64,000 bases of DNA from Candidatus Melainabacteria bacterium 17Bon1m (GTDB lineage: Bacteria > Cyanobacteriota > Vampirovibrionia > Obscuribacterales > Obscuribacteraceae), in contig JAVLKG010000002.1 of the NCBI GenBank assembly GCA_032128875.1, positions 448,001 through 512,000 on the forward strand, written 5' to 3'. Below the pieces are notes generated by a model that ran no database searches, was not told where the DNA came from, and saw only the letters and a list, made by a program, of their open reading frames with translations. Positions 18,801 through 27,864 of this stretch are shown one piece after another (position 1 is the first letter of the stretch; the number at the start of each line of letters is the position of its first letter). Position numbers and translations under genes: made by a program.

Positions 18801-20065
18801 TCTATGTTTTGAATGTTTACTATTACCTCCGCCCTTCCGGTCAGACGCTCAGGATTGATACCGTCCAAAAGCATGAGAGGCGACTGCAATGATTTGCCTT
18901 TGCCGGAAGGTGCGCCTAGCAACTTATTCAAGACTTGCAGGTCATCCACTTTTCCGGTCAACTTAGTCGAATATCCGCCCTTCTTTCCTTTGGGACGATC
19001 GAAATGACCGTTGGAGACAAGATTCATGCCGGGCAATTTAAGTGTCAGTTCTTCCCATGCAATCTTGTTTTTGTCGATAATTACTCTTCCATCTGACTTC
19101 GCGTGTGGCGTTGTGATTGTTCCTAATTGTGGATCATGCAGAACCAGACCCTCTGCCTGCATATTGGCTGTGAGTTTGATACCCTTGTCGAGGGTCCCGT
19201 TCCCTTTTACTGTGACGTCAAACAAGCCGCTGAGATCGCGCGTTTTGACTTGTACGGCGTCTTCGGGTTTCATAATAAATGATGCCAATCTCAGTGCATC
19301 ATCAGGATTAATGCGCCTGGCCAGGAGTGCAATCGTATAGTGATTGCTCTTCCAATCTTCAATGGCGCCTACGCCCAGACCTTCCAGTTGAACCTGCGTC
19401 TTGTAGTAAGGTTGCTTGAGTTCAAACGACAAGAAAAACGGCTTGCTGACCTTCTTCTTTGGCCAGACGAATTTGAGTTGCACATTGTCGAGATTGATAC
19501 TGCTTCTGTATGCAGGTGGCGCTGCCATGTCCGTCAGGTGCAGACGTCCATCGTCGATTTGAATAATGCGAACATCTGGCCCAAATTTGATCAGGTCCGC
19601 GAAATTCCAATCGCCGCTGGTCTCACGCGTGAACCAAAATTCGGGCTTGCGAAAGTCCAAGTGATGAAGTTCCACATCGCCTTTCAGTAAGGGGCGAAAA
19701 GCAACACCTATTTCGGTGCGTTGCGCGCGCAAAAATGGCGCATCGTCCAATTCATCCACTTCAACTTTGTTGGTGGCAATGGCTAAGCCGTTAAATCCGA
19801 TACGCCAACTGATATGACCTAGTCTTACTTTTCTGTGGAAAAGCTGGGAAAGTGCACTTTCAAACTGAGGCTTGTACCAGTCAGCGTTCAATGCCAGAGC
19901 AACGACCGCAATTAAGGCAATTGAAAGAACCCAGAAAGCCATGAATTTAAGGGCAAGTTTGCGTGTTGCGGATTTCTCCGCACTGGTCATGGGTGCTTGC
20001 TTGTCTTCTTGGCTGGGTTTTGTGTTCAGGGTAATCAACTTCTTAGGCTGGTTTGAGAGGGGCAA
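15857..20065 (-). CDS. AsmA-like (bridge-like lipid transfer) family protein
   Basis: N-terminal TM anchor, AsmA N-terminal pattern (GDWNFADL), long amphipathic beta-strand run, AsmA_2-like C-terminus. Confidence 0.85.
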   Translation of the reverse strand: MPLSNQPKKLITLNTKPSQEDKQAPMTSAEKSATRKLALKFMAFWVLSIALIAVVALALNADWYKPQFESALSQLFHRKVRLGHISWRIGFNGLAIATNKVEVDELDDAPFLRAQRTEIGVAFRPLLKGDVELHHLDFRKPEFWFTRETSGDWNFADLIKFGPDVRIIQIDDGRLHLTDMAAPPAYRSSINLDNVQLKFVWPKKKVSKPFFLSFELKQPYYKTQVQLEGLGVGAIEDWKSNHYTIALLARRINPDDALRLASFIMKPEDAVQVKTRDLSGLFDVTVKGNGTLDKGIKLTANMQAEGLVLHDPQLGTITTPHAKSDGRVIIDKNKIAWEELTLKLPGMNLVSNGHFDRPKGKKGGYSTKLTGKVDDLQVLNKLLGAPSGKGKSLQSPLMLLDGINPERLTGRAEVIVNIQNIDNHTEIESKFNAGGLLLRDILQEAAPENAKFAIYAGVPNASALEGDIHLIPGQKLVVRSAQTEIVGGKVKISGETELKNRVSNYALEGNGIDLGKFSANMNASREAMKEMSARITVPAKTKLQLRGLADLKAKLQRSGNTTRQDISLNLRNADFFFSDGSLNITKLNGKIGITDNDFVFDHLTGIMDGGTFNLTGRVPIKGGGLNIAVAGKKIDLAKLTLALTTFKMQVPQMTGMKASGRVRDANLKITGSLKSPIASGTAIPEDVRLELSDAKSFIKASGGSLNLTGDLLTLKDMTLTTRGGSAQVSAHIKGVPGQAEFVDGRIKSQGLDLADFDAWIHSQVVPEQVRKDYQKMLDTYSVAKLHGKIYGDLLLKDAPNSALPRFDGVIGLMGVGFRVEDEKIGVDRLSGVLATAKDDLLLQDIAGWMNGSEFQADGYVRQFRSATPSLNCDIRGSLNSAEINNLIATFSPAKKASQLKFSCQGPLDVRLKANGTKDEMKVSFSGRANRKSNVKLYGPFGVLHQPSDEQMSLDGAVTIHPKGVTVNDAHLFVNDSVLNFKGEIKVKDDNNANLLNEQIINLAIVTPNPLPAKRLLAGLAPQLADSSVTGTISVDGAINGPMSNPKINGNFDLVDVGVPKLNITHATGRMQSRDPYDPRSQASPINAHVEMKELQLKAIKVTDVSGEMSFKPSSGEDKLPKIRLANMKLKAGNGSVNLNAWVDPETQKFGSRSDFKNVDLSVIATGLFGHPGELTGTADGELLLKSQGSDKDEMIRNLNGNGKFHVKNGVLARFGHLQARLTQANLLQSGVLGFNLNNLLQSVVPVRTGEFKELMGSYAITKGMLAFTELKYNGEDMRLWGGGTANLVDGKVNMEIAGTLPRVTTSVLRGPIGHVTRGMTIQKFLNAVTFNKLEKLPSLPVLGDIAGDKPRTFTFKMSASLNEPQLLAQSIEKSFKWLPSKPLQSAHPVPGIDAKLLEARAN

Positions 20066-20214
20066 GGTGCAGATAGAACTACTTGCCTGAAGCTTTGAGC
20101 CTGTTGAGACCCAGGAAAGTAGAGGCTGCCCATATATCGGCTCCTGAATCTTGCTGAATCTCAGGGGATTCTTTGGATGATAATCTTGAAGATAATCGGT
20201 GAACTCGTATAGAA

Positions 20215-20880
20215 GTGACGATCATAACGGTCTGCTGTTCCCCTTTATGTCGGGTGGCTATATTGGCAGAAGCTTTTTCTCGAAACCGCGCTGTATTCAG
20301 CGTTTCTTTGTTAACTTTCGTCATTGGCAGCAGTGCTTTTGCTGATCCGGCAAATGTCACTTCGGAAAAAGGCTCAAACGGCAGCCCTACTAGAATCAAA
20401 CGTGACCGCAAAGTCGAGAGAAAGAAGCCATCAGGCTACCATAACCGTGTATGGTCGCCAAGTAGAGATGCCGGTGATGAGAGTTATTTACTCGTAGCGG
20501 AAGAACCGAAAACCGATGAAGAGAAGACAGGGCGCCAGTTTGAAGCAACACAACTACCGAAAATTTTATCCATTTTGAAAACGGGCAATTTCGCAAAAGC
20601 TCAGCAAATGCTGGTTGAGCTTGCCAAATCAATGCCTGTTGATTCTCAAGCGCGATATCTTTACCAGCGCCTAGCTCAGCGTTGTGAAGAACGCCGCGAT
20701 GCCGAGTATTGGTACAGGTATGACATCAAAGAAATGCGGCAATCTGGCAGCAGGCAGTCGATTGCGGAATTGCCGAGTAATTCTTCGTCGGCAATTTCTA
20801 CCGCTGCTTTATCCAATGATTCAGTGCATACTCTGAGAAAAGAGGCATGGATGCTTCTCAGCACGGAAGATCGTAAGTAG
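20215..20880 (+). CDS. Exported hypothetical protein (true start probably further downstream)
   Basis: Signal-like segment ending SSAFA; single TPR-like helix pair. Confidence 0.6.
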   Translation: MTIITVCCSPLCRVAILAEAFSRNRAVFSVSLLTFVIGSSAFADPANVTSEKGSNGSPTRIKRDRKVERKKPSGYHNRVWSPSRDAGDESYLLVAEEPKTDEEKTGRQFEATQLPKILSILKTGNFAKAQQMLVELAKSMPVDSQARYLYQRLAQRCEERRDAEYWYRYDIKEMRQSGSRQSIAELPSNSSSAISTAALSNDSVHTLRKEAWMLLSTEDRK

Positions 20881-21006
20881 AGGCGACAGATTTTATAAGA
20901 CCATCTGTCCATCATTTGTCGGATGAAAAAGCAGCCGAAGCTGGCAAACAGGTTGATTCTGCGCCTCTTCGGGTACAGTTAAGGTAGTCCGGCTTAGGAA
21001 TTTAGC

Positions 21007-21243
21007 GTGCCTCAACTAAGTGCCGAGGAATTAGATAATGCTTGCTGGCCTATATTCCAGCGGCTCATGCATGAGCTGGGCGATCGCTACGAAAATTGGC
21101 TGGTTGTTATCGAGCCTAATTCTTCCGATTATTTTCTCGGACAAGATGATCACGAAGTATTAGCCCGTGCCAGAAAGAGACATCCGCACGGTTCGTTTTT
21201 TGCTTATCGTCTCAACAAAGACCCGGTCATAGATACACTTTGA
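21007..21243 (+). CDS. Small DUF5678-like protein
   Basis: YENWLVVIEPNSSDYFLG...ARARKRHP pattern; overlaps the next ORF. Confidence 0.7.
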   Translation: MPQLSAEELDNACWPIFQRLMHELGDRYENWLVVIEPNSSDYFLGQDDHEVLARARKRHPHGSFFAYRLNKDPVIDTL

Positions 21244-21671
21244 GTTTGAAAATGGTGGCATACAGTGAAGAAGGCTCTATGAGCCTCACGGAGCGTAAGA
21301 AGGTGAATAGGTCTGTGCGCGGTCGCATTGACGAATCCGGAAAAGTTCTGTTGCCGATCATACTTGTTGCCTCTGATGGTCTGGAGATCGAAGTCGAAGC
21401 ACTGATCAATTTGCAGTTTGGCGGCGCCATGGTTATTCCTGAAGATTTGACTGCGCCATTGGGATGGCGCTGTCTTGGAGCACGCAGAGTGCAAGCTGGC
21501 AGCGAAGTGGTGCGCATGAATCACTATATAGGCATGATGTCTTTAGGTGGCGAATTAAAAAACGTCGTCGTCTTAGGCGGTGCAAAGACGCATCCGGTCC
21601 TGGGCCAGCGCCTCATGTCAGGGCGCAAGCTAACCGTAGATTTTCAAAACGGAACTGTTGTTCTGGAATGA
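21240..21671 (+). CDS. Clan AA aspartyl-protease-like protein with degenerate active site
   Basis: EVEALINLQFGG where ALIDTGF is expected; C-terminal PVLG..LM...LTVDF motif retained. Confidence 0.75.
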   Translation: MSLKMVAYSEEGSMSLTERKKVNRSVRGRIDESGKVLLPIILVASDGLEIEVEALINLQFGGAMVIPEDLTAPLGWRCLGARRVQAGSEVVRMNHYIGMMSLGGELKNVVVLGGAKTHPVLGQRLMSGRKLTVDFQNGTVVLE

Positions 21672-22916
21672 TCAGCAAAGGTGGTTTTCGTAGGCATAGC
21701 GTACGAGAGCCGCACGGCTGCTCAAGTTCAACTTCTTTCGCAGGCGAGAAACGTGCACTTCTGTGGTCCCTTCAGTAATGTGCAATGCCTCCGCGATTTC
21801 CCTGTTTGATAGTCCCTGAGCCACTTTTCTCAAGACTTCAATTTCGCGTGTGGAAAGCTTGACCCGCACTTTTTCACGACTCTCTTGCCGCTCTGTAAGG
21901 TCGCGGGTTGAGTTAACCACTGAGTTCAGCTGTGTGCAGAGATCGGTCAGTTTGTTTATGGAATTGCTCTGAGTTTCGAAATCTTGGTAAAGACGCGCCT
22001 GGCTGATCGCGATAGAGAGCTGGTTGGCAATTCTCGACAGTAAGCTGATTTCCGCTTGTGTAAACAATCTGGCTTCATCGCATTGATCGAGGTGAACAAG
22101 CCCCATTAGGCGCCCACGATAAACAAGCGGCACCATAATCATCGAAAGAATGCCGTGATGTATCAAGTCGGCTTTCACATCGGTAGCGAATGGAAACGTA
22201 TCTTCCTGCATAACCACGAGAGGACGCCGCTCTCCCACATCGAGAAGCAAATCGTGATAGCGCTGAAATAAAACGCTCTTTTCAGAAATTGCATTCGCTT
22301 GCGCCACTGTAACCTGACGTGCTATGCGCATAGCCGACGTTGGATCGGACGACAAACAGATGATTGCTCGTGAAACTTTAAACTCATCAGCCAGGCTTTG
22401 CGCTGCTCGATCGATGATTTCTTCCAAATCAAGCGAGCCGTGAATATTCACGATCAATCGATTGAGAAGTGCTTCATCTCTGGATATACGCTCGACACGC
22501 TGATACATCTCTCGCAAATTCTCCAGAAGCAATGCTCTCTGGATATTGGTAGTGATCATTCGTGGCAGAAATTTTTGGTACTCGGCGATCTTAGGCAAAT
22601 AATCGCTCGCACCGGCCATCAACACTTTCAATGCCTTGTCCGGACTATCTGCTGCAGTCATAGCGATGATTGGGCAGTTAGGGTTGATTTGATGGATGTC
22701 ACGGATCAAATCATCGCCGCTCATGTCGGGAACTTCGTAGTCCATGACAACGAGGTCGAAATGGCTGGATGCCATTACCTCACGAACTTCGCCGCCTGTG
22801 GATATGCCTTTAACCCCATATAAGGGTGATTGGGACAATATGGCATCTCGGCAGAGCTTAAACTGTGCCTCGTTGTTTTCTATAAGCAGTACCAGACGCT
22901 CTCTAGTTTCCGCCAT
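21672..22916 (-). CDS. Response regulator, REC-GAF-LuxR HTH
   Basis: DLVVMDYEVPDMSG, GASDYLPK receiver motifs; GAF; LSTREIEVLRKVAQGLSNREIAEAL HTH. Confidence 0.92.
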   Translation of the reverse strand: MAETRERLVLLIENNEAQFKLCRDAILSQSPLYGVKGISTGGEVREVMASSHFDLVVMDYEVPDMSGDDLIRDIHQINPNCPIIAMTAADSPDKALKVLMAGASDYLPKIAEYQKFLPRMITTNIQRALLLENLREMYQRVERISRDEALLNRLIVNIHGSLDLEEIIDRAAQSLADEFKVSRAIICLSSDPTSAMRIARQVTVAQANAISEKSVLFQRYHDLLLDVGERRPLVVMQEDTFPFATDVKADLIHHGILSMIMVPLVYRGRLMGLVHLDQCDEARLFTQAEISLLSRIANQLSIAISQARLYQDFETQSNSINKLTDLCTQLNSVVNSTRDLTERQESREKVRVKLSTREIEVLRKVAQGLSNREIAEALHITEGTTEVHVSRLRKKLNLSSRAALVRYAYENHLC

Positions 22917-23090
22917 TTCTTAGCGTCCCTGTATCCTTTGGGGCTCCTATCCCGCCATCTGTGGACTTTCCCTATACATATAATGCTCAGGAAATGCTTT
23001 CGGATTAACCTGCCGAAGATAGGGGAGGGGATAAACAATTATTGCCCAACCCATAATCTAAGGGTGGATCGAAACTGCTATAAAAGCAAT

Positions 23091-23257
23091 AGTGCTGGTT
23101 GCAAAGTGCCAGGCGCCGATATCTGACACCGTACATTCAATCCTGTTAGCGTCTTTCGACCCTCACAAAAGCCCCCCAGATCCAGGTTTGGCGCTTACAA
23201 ATTGAATTAGCGAGGTCCCAAAAGAGCAGCCATCCCCTCCGGCTGCTCTTTTATTTT
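23091..23257 (+). ncRNA. Candidate structured small RNA
   Basis: Extended -10 TGCTATAAA at 23076-23084; long imperfect stem 23125-23217; terminator 23220-23257; no convincing ORF. Confidence 0.5.
23220..23257 (+). terminator. Rho-independent terminator with C-rich loop
   Basis: AAAAGAGCAGCC-ATCCCCTCC-GGCTGCTCTTTT-ATTTT. Confidence 0.85.
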
Positions 23258-23398
23258 GGAATTTTTGCCACGGGCAGCTAATTTCGGACGATTCCAAAAA
23301 AATCAACCTGTCAATAGATAGTTTTGGCCAACCACCAAATTAGGCAGTTGGCCAAAAAATGGCCACTATGAGCGCTTTTGCTGCTTTTGGCGCGTTTG

Positions 23399-23680
23399 CT
23401 AGTTTTTGCCTTTGCCGGTCATTTTTACCGGTTGTCTGCCGCGCTGAACGTAGACGTTGATCAATTCGCTATAAGGAATTTCTTTGGCTTGCGAAAGGTC
23501 GCAGGAATATGGAACAGCTTCCGGATTGAAGTCGATGCGTTGAGTACGTTCGTTGTTGGCATCGAAGAATTCTCCTGATATCTCGAACTCGCCTTCAGGA
23601 AAAGTGGCGAAGGACGGATTTAGAAAATAGCCAACCGGCTGGCCGTGAGTAGAGAAAACTTGAACCTTGACTTCGGACAT
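23399..23680 (-). CDS. Small hypothetical beta-rich protein
   Basis: 93-aa ORF with GGAGG SD; inverted repeat downstream at about 23322-23357. Confidence 0.7.
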   Translation of the reverse strand: MSEVKVQVFSTHGQPVGYFLNPSFATFPEGEFEISGEFFDANNERTQRIDFNPEAVPYSCDLSQAKEIPYSELINVYVQRGRQPVKMTGKGKN

Positions 23681-23883
23681 TAGTGGAAGACCTCCAGATG
23701 TCAGACCTCTTGTCTGTCTGCACGCTCCTTTTATAGTCTGCGCAGGAAGAAATTTGGGAAGTGTAAGAAGAAAAATTCGTTAAAAAAAGGCCGCAAGTCG
23801 TGGCCCTCATCTTCCACTGTGGTTTAGTAGTGATGAGAGCCGTGAGGTTCTCACAGACAAGAAGCTATGAGGAGTTTGCCAAA

Positions 23884-24108
23884 ATGTCCTACACCATAGT
23901 TGCTGACGTCTGCGAAGGTATTGGTGATTGTATTCCTGTATGTCCAGTAGAGTGCATCCACTGGGTAGAAGGCAAAGTCAATACTAAGTCGACGAAGTAC
24001 ACATACATTGACGACAGCACCTGCATTGATTGCGGTGCCTGTTTGTCGGTTTGCCCTATTGAAGGTGCAATTCTTGATGAGTGGAAGCCCGAGCTGCAAA
24101 AGCCCTAA
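23884..24108 (+). CDS. Bacterial-type dicluster ferredoxin, probably 7Fe ([3Fe-4S][4Fe-4S])
   Basis: CEGIGDCIPVCP and CIDCGACLSVCP; GAGGAG SD before ATG 23884; resembles cyanobacterial Fed8-type proteins. Confidence 0.92.
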   Translation: MSYTIVADVCEGIGDCIPVCPVECIHWVEGKVNTKSTKYTYIDDSTCIDCGACLSVCPIEGAILDEWKPELQKP

Positions 24109-24134
24109 GCTTCTTCCCGTCAAAATGTAAGACT

Positions 24135-24160
24135 CGCGCCCACTCGAAAGAATGGGCGCG
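24135..24160. terminator. Hairpin between convergent genes
   Basis: CGCGCCCA-CTCGAAAGAA-TGGGCGCG. Confidence 0.6.
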
Positions 24161-24206
24161 TTCTGCTTTAACTGGCTCTTTCTGCGCGATACCGCGTGAC
24201 TACTTC

Positions 24207-24965
24207 CTAACCTTTGTAATTGAATTTTTCAGGCTTTTCAAAAAACGAAGCTGCCAGCTCGCGCATTTTGTCCATTCGCGTTTGCAAAAGGTTGGTAAAT
24301 GCCAGACTCTCTTCCTCGGATATGCCTTTCGGTATATCTATTGGATGTCCGTATATGTGCACCATCGGAGTGCACCACCAGGGAGCCATGAAGTTGTCCC
24401 ATGAATCCATCCAGTAATTTTTGCGCGTGTGTGTGACGAAAGGAATGATCGGCAGCCCTGTAATTTCAGCCAAACGCACTAGTCCAGGTTTTACTTCATA
24501 ACGTGGACCGCGCGGGCCATCTACCATCATTGCCAGCCTGCTGTTTGCTTTTGCTGCTGACTTCATCTCGAGGGCTCCACGAACCCCGCCGTGAGCCGGC
24601 GAACCCCTGGCGGTAGAAAAACCTATCTCTTTAAGAGCGCGGGCAATTATCTCGCCGTCTCGGCTATTGCTAATCAGGATGGTCAAGTTGTTGTTCGGAC
24701 GCAAACTCGGCAGTCCAACCATACGCCCGTGATAGATAGCAAAAATGGCCGGCTTTGATTGGTCTTCGACTTGGCCATCTACCGAACCATTCTCAATCCA
24801 GAGATTGTCAAGGTAGGGTCGGGTCTCGGGCGGATAAAAAGATGTATTTGGATAAGTAGAAGTTGAGAAAAGAGTGCCGGTTTTGCAGACGCCAACCAGG
24901 ACAGATCGCCTGAATCCGTCCAACAGTGGGTACTTTAGAAAGATGTCCCGGAGCCGAATCTTCAA
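24207..24965 (-). CDS. DUF374 / lysophospholipid acyltransferase family protein
   Basis: ISNSRDGEII, RGS, VDGPRGP motifs. Confidence 0.88.
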   Translation of the reverse strand: MKIRLRDIFLKYPLLDGFRRSVLVGVCKTGTLFSTSTYPNTSFYPPETRPYLDNLWIENGSVDGQVEDQSKPAIFAIYHGRMVGLPSLRPNNNLTILISNSRDGEIIARALKEIGFSTARGSPAHGGVRGALEMKSAAKANSRLAMMVDGPRGPRYEVKPGLVRLAEITGLPIIPFVTHTRKNYWMDSWDNFMAPWWCTPMVHIYGHPIDIPKGISEEESLAFTNLLQTRMDKMRELAASFFEKPEKFNYKG

Positions 24966-25120
24966 AGTGCTGATTATATCCTGCTTAAGAAGAAGGCCTT
25001 AACGATACAAAAAAGGTCATAAAGTGCTCAAAAGCATGACTGGCGCATGCACTGTGATATTATCTACTACTGCCAAGAAATAGATCATAGGAAAAACACA
25101 AGAATAAGGGCGAACAGGCA

Positions 25121-25390
25121 ATGGCACTTGTAGCAGAACATAAAGTTGAAATCGTAGAATCACATCGCCGTTCAGGCAAAGACACCGGCTCGCCGGAAGT
25201 GCAAGTTGCACTTTTGACAGAGCGTATTAATCAATTGACCGACCATTTGAGAACTCATCCCAAGGATTTTCACAGCCGCCGCGGCCTCCTTATGATGGTA
25301 GGTAAGCGCAGAAGGCTTCTTCAGTACTTGAGTCGTGAAGCACACGATCGCTACAGAAGCCTGATCGAAAAGCTGGGATTGAGACGCTAA
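25121..25390 (+). CDS. rpsO: 30S ribosomal protein S15
   Basis: [13 protein letters not shown]...[12 protein letters not shown]. Confidence 0.98.
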   Translation: MALVAEHKVEIVESHRRSGKDTGSPEVQVALLTERINQLTDHLRTHPKDFHSRRGLLMMVGKRRRLLQYLSREAHDRYRSLIEKLGLRR

Positions 25391-25400
25391 GTTCTAAAAA

Positions 25401-25428
25401 GGCGAGCTTTAGGGCTCGCCCTTTTTTT
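25401..25428 (+). terminator. rpsO terminator
   Basis: GGCGAGC-TTTAGG-GCTCGCC-CTTTTTTT. Confidence 0.88.
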
Positions 25429-25669
25429 CGCTATGGATCTTTAATTACTGGAATCGGACAAAGATTCAATTAGAGGATCCGCAGAAGCACGGCATTTTTG
25501 ATCCCAGGCAATGACCGCATAGATTTGCAGTCTTTGTTCAGCCAAAAGCGAAAAGAGTAACTAGAAATCTCCGCCGAGTATTCGATCTGGCTTTTTAAGC
25601 CGGTCGAACTTTTGGCATTTAGAGCTTTATTTAGACGTAAAAACAGAAGAAGTAGAAGGAAAAGAAAAA

Positions 25670-27832
25670 ATGGATGTTCAGACACTTTCACCGGATGCAG
25701 TCAAATCGTTTGAAATTGAAATCGACGGCAAACAAATAGTCATAAAAACCGGTCGAATGGCAAGACAGGCCTCAGGTTCTGTAGAAATTTACTGCGGCGA
25801 CACGATGTTGCTGGTCACCGCTACAGAGAGCAAAAATGTGCGCGAAGGAATCGATTACTTCCCGCTTTTGGTCGACTACGAAGAAAAGCTCTATGCGGTC
25901 GGTCGCATTCCAGGCAGTTTTGGCCGTCGCGAAGGCAAGGCTCCGGACAAGGCAATTTTGATCAGCCGTCTTATCGACAGACCGATTCGCCCGCTTTTCC
26001 AAGAAGGCTATCGCAACGATGTTCAAATTGTCGCCACGGTGATGTCTGCCGATCAAGAGAATCCGACTGACACTTACGCAATGCTTGGCGCCTCTGTTGC
26101 ACTCGGTCTTGCCGGTCTGCCATTCAATGGACCGATTGGTGCTGTTCGTGTCGGCAGAGTAGAAGGCAAGCTAGTGGCTAACCCGACATATAGCCAGCTC
26201 GACGAATCGGACTTGGATCTGGTCGTTGCCGGAACCGAAAATTCAATCATGATGGTAGAAGCCGGTGCTAAGTTTGTCAGCGAAAAAGACGTCCTTGCCG
26301 CTATCGACTATGCTCACCAACATATCAAACGCCAGGTAGAAGCGCAGCACAAATTCTTGCGTCAGCTCGGCATAGAGAAAAAGCCGTTTGAAGCTCCTGC
26401 TGAAATTACAGCACTCAAAGATTTGATTCGCGAGAAAACAACCGAGTCATTGAAAGAGTCAATGCAAGGCGTCACTGAAAAGTCCGTAAGAAGCGCTCTT
26501 ATTGATGCTTCCAAAAAGGCTGTCGTCGAAGCAATCGCCGAACTTCCGGAAGACCATGAGCTAAAAACCGTATCCTCGGGCAAAATCGCCGAGTACTTAG
26601 AACTGTACGAAGCAGAATTGATGCGTGCTCAAGTACTTGATACAGGCAAGCGTGCCGACGGCAGACGCTGCGATGAAATTCGTCCTATCACAGTGGAAGC
26701 TGGCATATTGCCTCGCACTCACGGCACTGGACTTTTCACACGTGGAACAACGCAAGCTCTTTCGATTGCCACACTAGGTATCGCCGGTGATGCGCAAAGA
26801 TTGGATTCAATCGATCCGCAAACCGAAAAGAGATACATGCACCACTATAATTTCCCAGGCTTTTCTGTCGGTGAAGTTAAGCCGATGCGTGGACCAGGAA
26901 GAAGAGAAATCGGTCACGGCGCACTGGCTGAGCGCGCCATCATCCCGGCACTTCCTTCTCATGAAGACTTCCCTTACACATTGCGTGTAGTTTCTGAAGT
27001 AATTGAGTCCAATGGTTCGACCAGTATGGCTTCTACTTGTGGCTCTTCTCTGGCTCTCATGGATGCCGGCGTTCCGTTGAAAGAAACCATCGGCGGAATC
27101 GCGATGGGTCTAATTCTGGAAGGTGATCGCTTCGCGATTCTCTCGGACATTCAAGGTCTGGAAGATTTCCTTGGTGACATGGATTTCAAGGTCGCAGGCA
27201 GCAAAGAAGGCATTACTGCTCTGCAAATGGACATCAAGATTGAAGGCATCTCCCTGGACATCATGAGAGTTGCTCTCGATCAAGCTAAGCGCGGACGCAA
27301 TCACATCATCTCCAAAATGGAAGAAGTATTGCCGAAGGCGCGTGTCGAATTGTCCAAGTGGGCACCACGCATCATCACCATTCACATTCATCCTGAAGAT
27401 ATCGGCACGGTCATTGGACCCGGCGGCAAGATGATCCGTAAGATCATTGAGGAAACCGGTGCCACCATCGACATCGAAGATGACGGCACGGTTCTCATCG
27501 GCAGCGTAGAAGCTGCTGGTGGCGAAGCTGCTCGCGACAAGATTCTCAATCTCGTAAAGCGCATCGAAGTAGGTCAAATCTACTGCGGGCGAGTGACCAG
27601 AATCATCCCGATGGGCTGTTTCGTTGAGTTGCTTCCAGGCAAAGAAGGTATGGTGCACATCTCCCAACTTGAGAACCGTCGTGTTGAAAAGGTTGAAGAT
27701 GTAGTATCCATCGGTCAGCGCGTTATCGCCAAAGTAAGAGAAATTGACGACCGCAATCGCGTCAACCTGACAATCAAGGGTGTAAGCGAAGAAGAGCGCG
27801 CTGAATGCGAAGCTAAGAACCCGACAATCTAG
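25670..27832 (+). CDS. pnp: Polyribonucleotide nucleotidyltransferase (PNPase)
   Basis: RLIDRPIRPLF, RREIGHG, SNGSTSMAS, DMDFKVAG motifs plus KH and S1 domains. Confidence 0.98.
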   Translation: MDVQTLSPDAVKSFEIEIDGKQIVIKTGRMARQASGSVEIYCGDTMLLVTATESKNVREGIDYFPLLVDYEEKLYAVGRIPGSFGRREGKAPDKAILISRLIDRPIRPLFQEGYRNDVQIVATVMSADQENPTDTYAMLGASVALGLAGLPFNGPIGAVRVGRVEGKLVANPTYSQLDESDLDLVVAGTENSIMMVEAGAKFVSEKDVLAAIDYAHQHIKRQVEAQHKFLRQLGIEKKPFEAPAEITALKDLIREKTTESLKESMQGVTEKSVRSALIDASKKAVVEAIAELPEDHELKTVSSGKIAEYLELYEAELMRAQVLDTGKRADGRRCDEIRPITVEAGILPRTHGTGLFTRGTTQALSIATLGIAGDAQRLDSIDPQTEKRYMHHYNFPGFSVGEVKPMRGPGRREIGHGALAERAIIPALPSHEDFPYTLRVVSEVIESNGSTSMASTCGSSLALMDAGVPLKETIGGIAMGLILEGDRFAILSDIQGLEDFLGDMDFKVAGSKEGITALQMDIKIEGISLDIMRVALDQAKRGRNHIISKMEEVLPKARVELSKWAPRIITIHIHPEDIGTVIGPGGKMIRKIIEETGATIDIEDDGTVLIGSVEAAGGEAARDKILNLVKRIEVGQIYCGRVTRIIPMGCFVELLPGKEGMVHISQLENRRVEKVEDVVSIGQRVIAKVREIDDRNRVNLTIKGVSEEERAECEAKNPTI

Positions 27833-27864
27833 GGCTCGAAAGAACCCAAACACCAAAATAAAGA

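Noticed and set aside
22830..23126. 98-aa plus-strand ORF as a type I toxin or real gene
   Set aside because: Overlaps the regulator start, has no hydrophobic toxin-like helix after the SD-like tract and no recognisable motif
23091..23257. SRP RNA, 6S RNA or hammerhead ribozyme
   Set aside because: No SRP helix-8 motif, no 5'-3' closing rod typical of 6S, and no CUGAUGA core
24135..24160. GAAA hairpin as a c-di-GMP-I riboswitch
   Set aside because: Lacks the flanking GCAAA/ACGCAAAG elements and second stem, and lies between convergent gene ends
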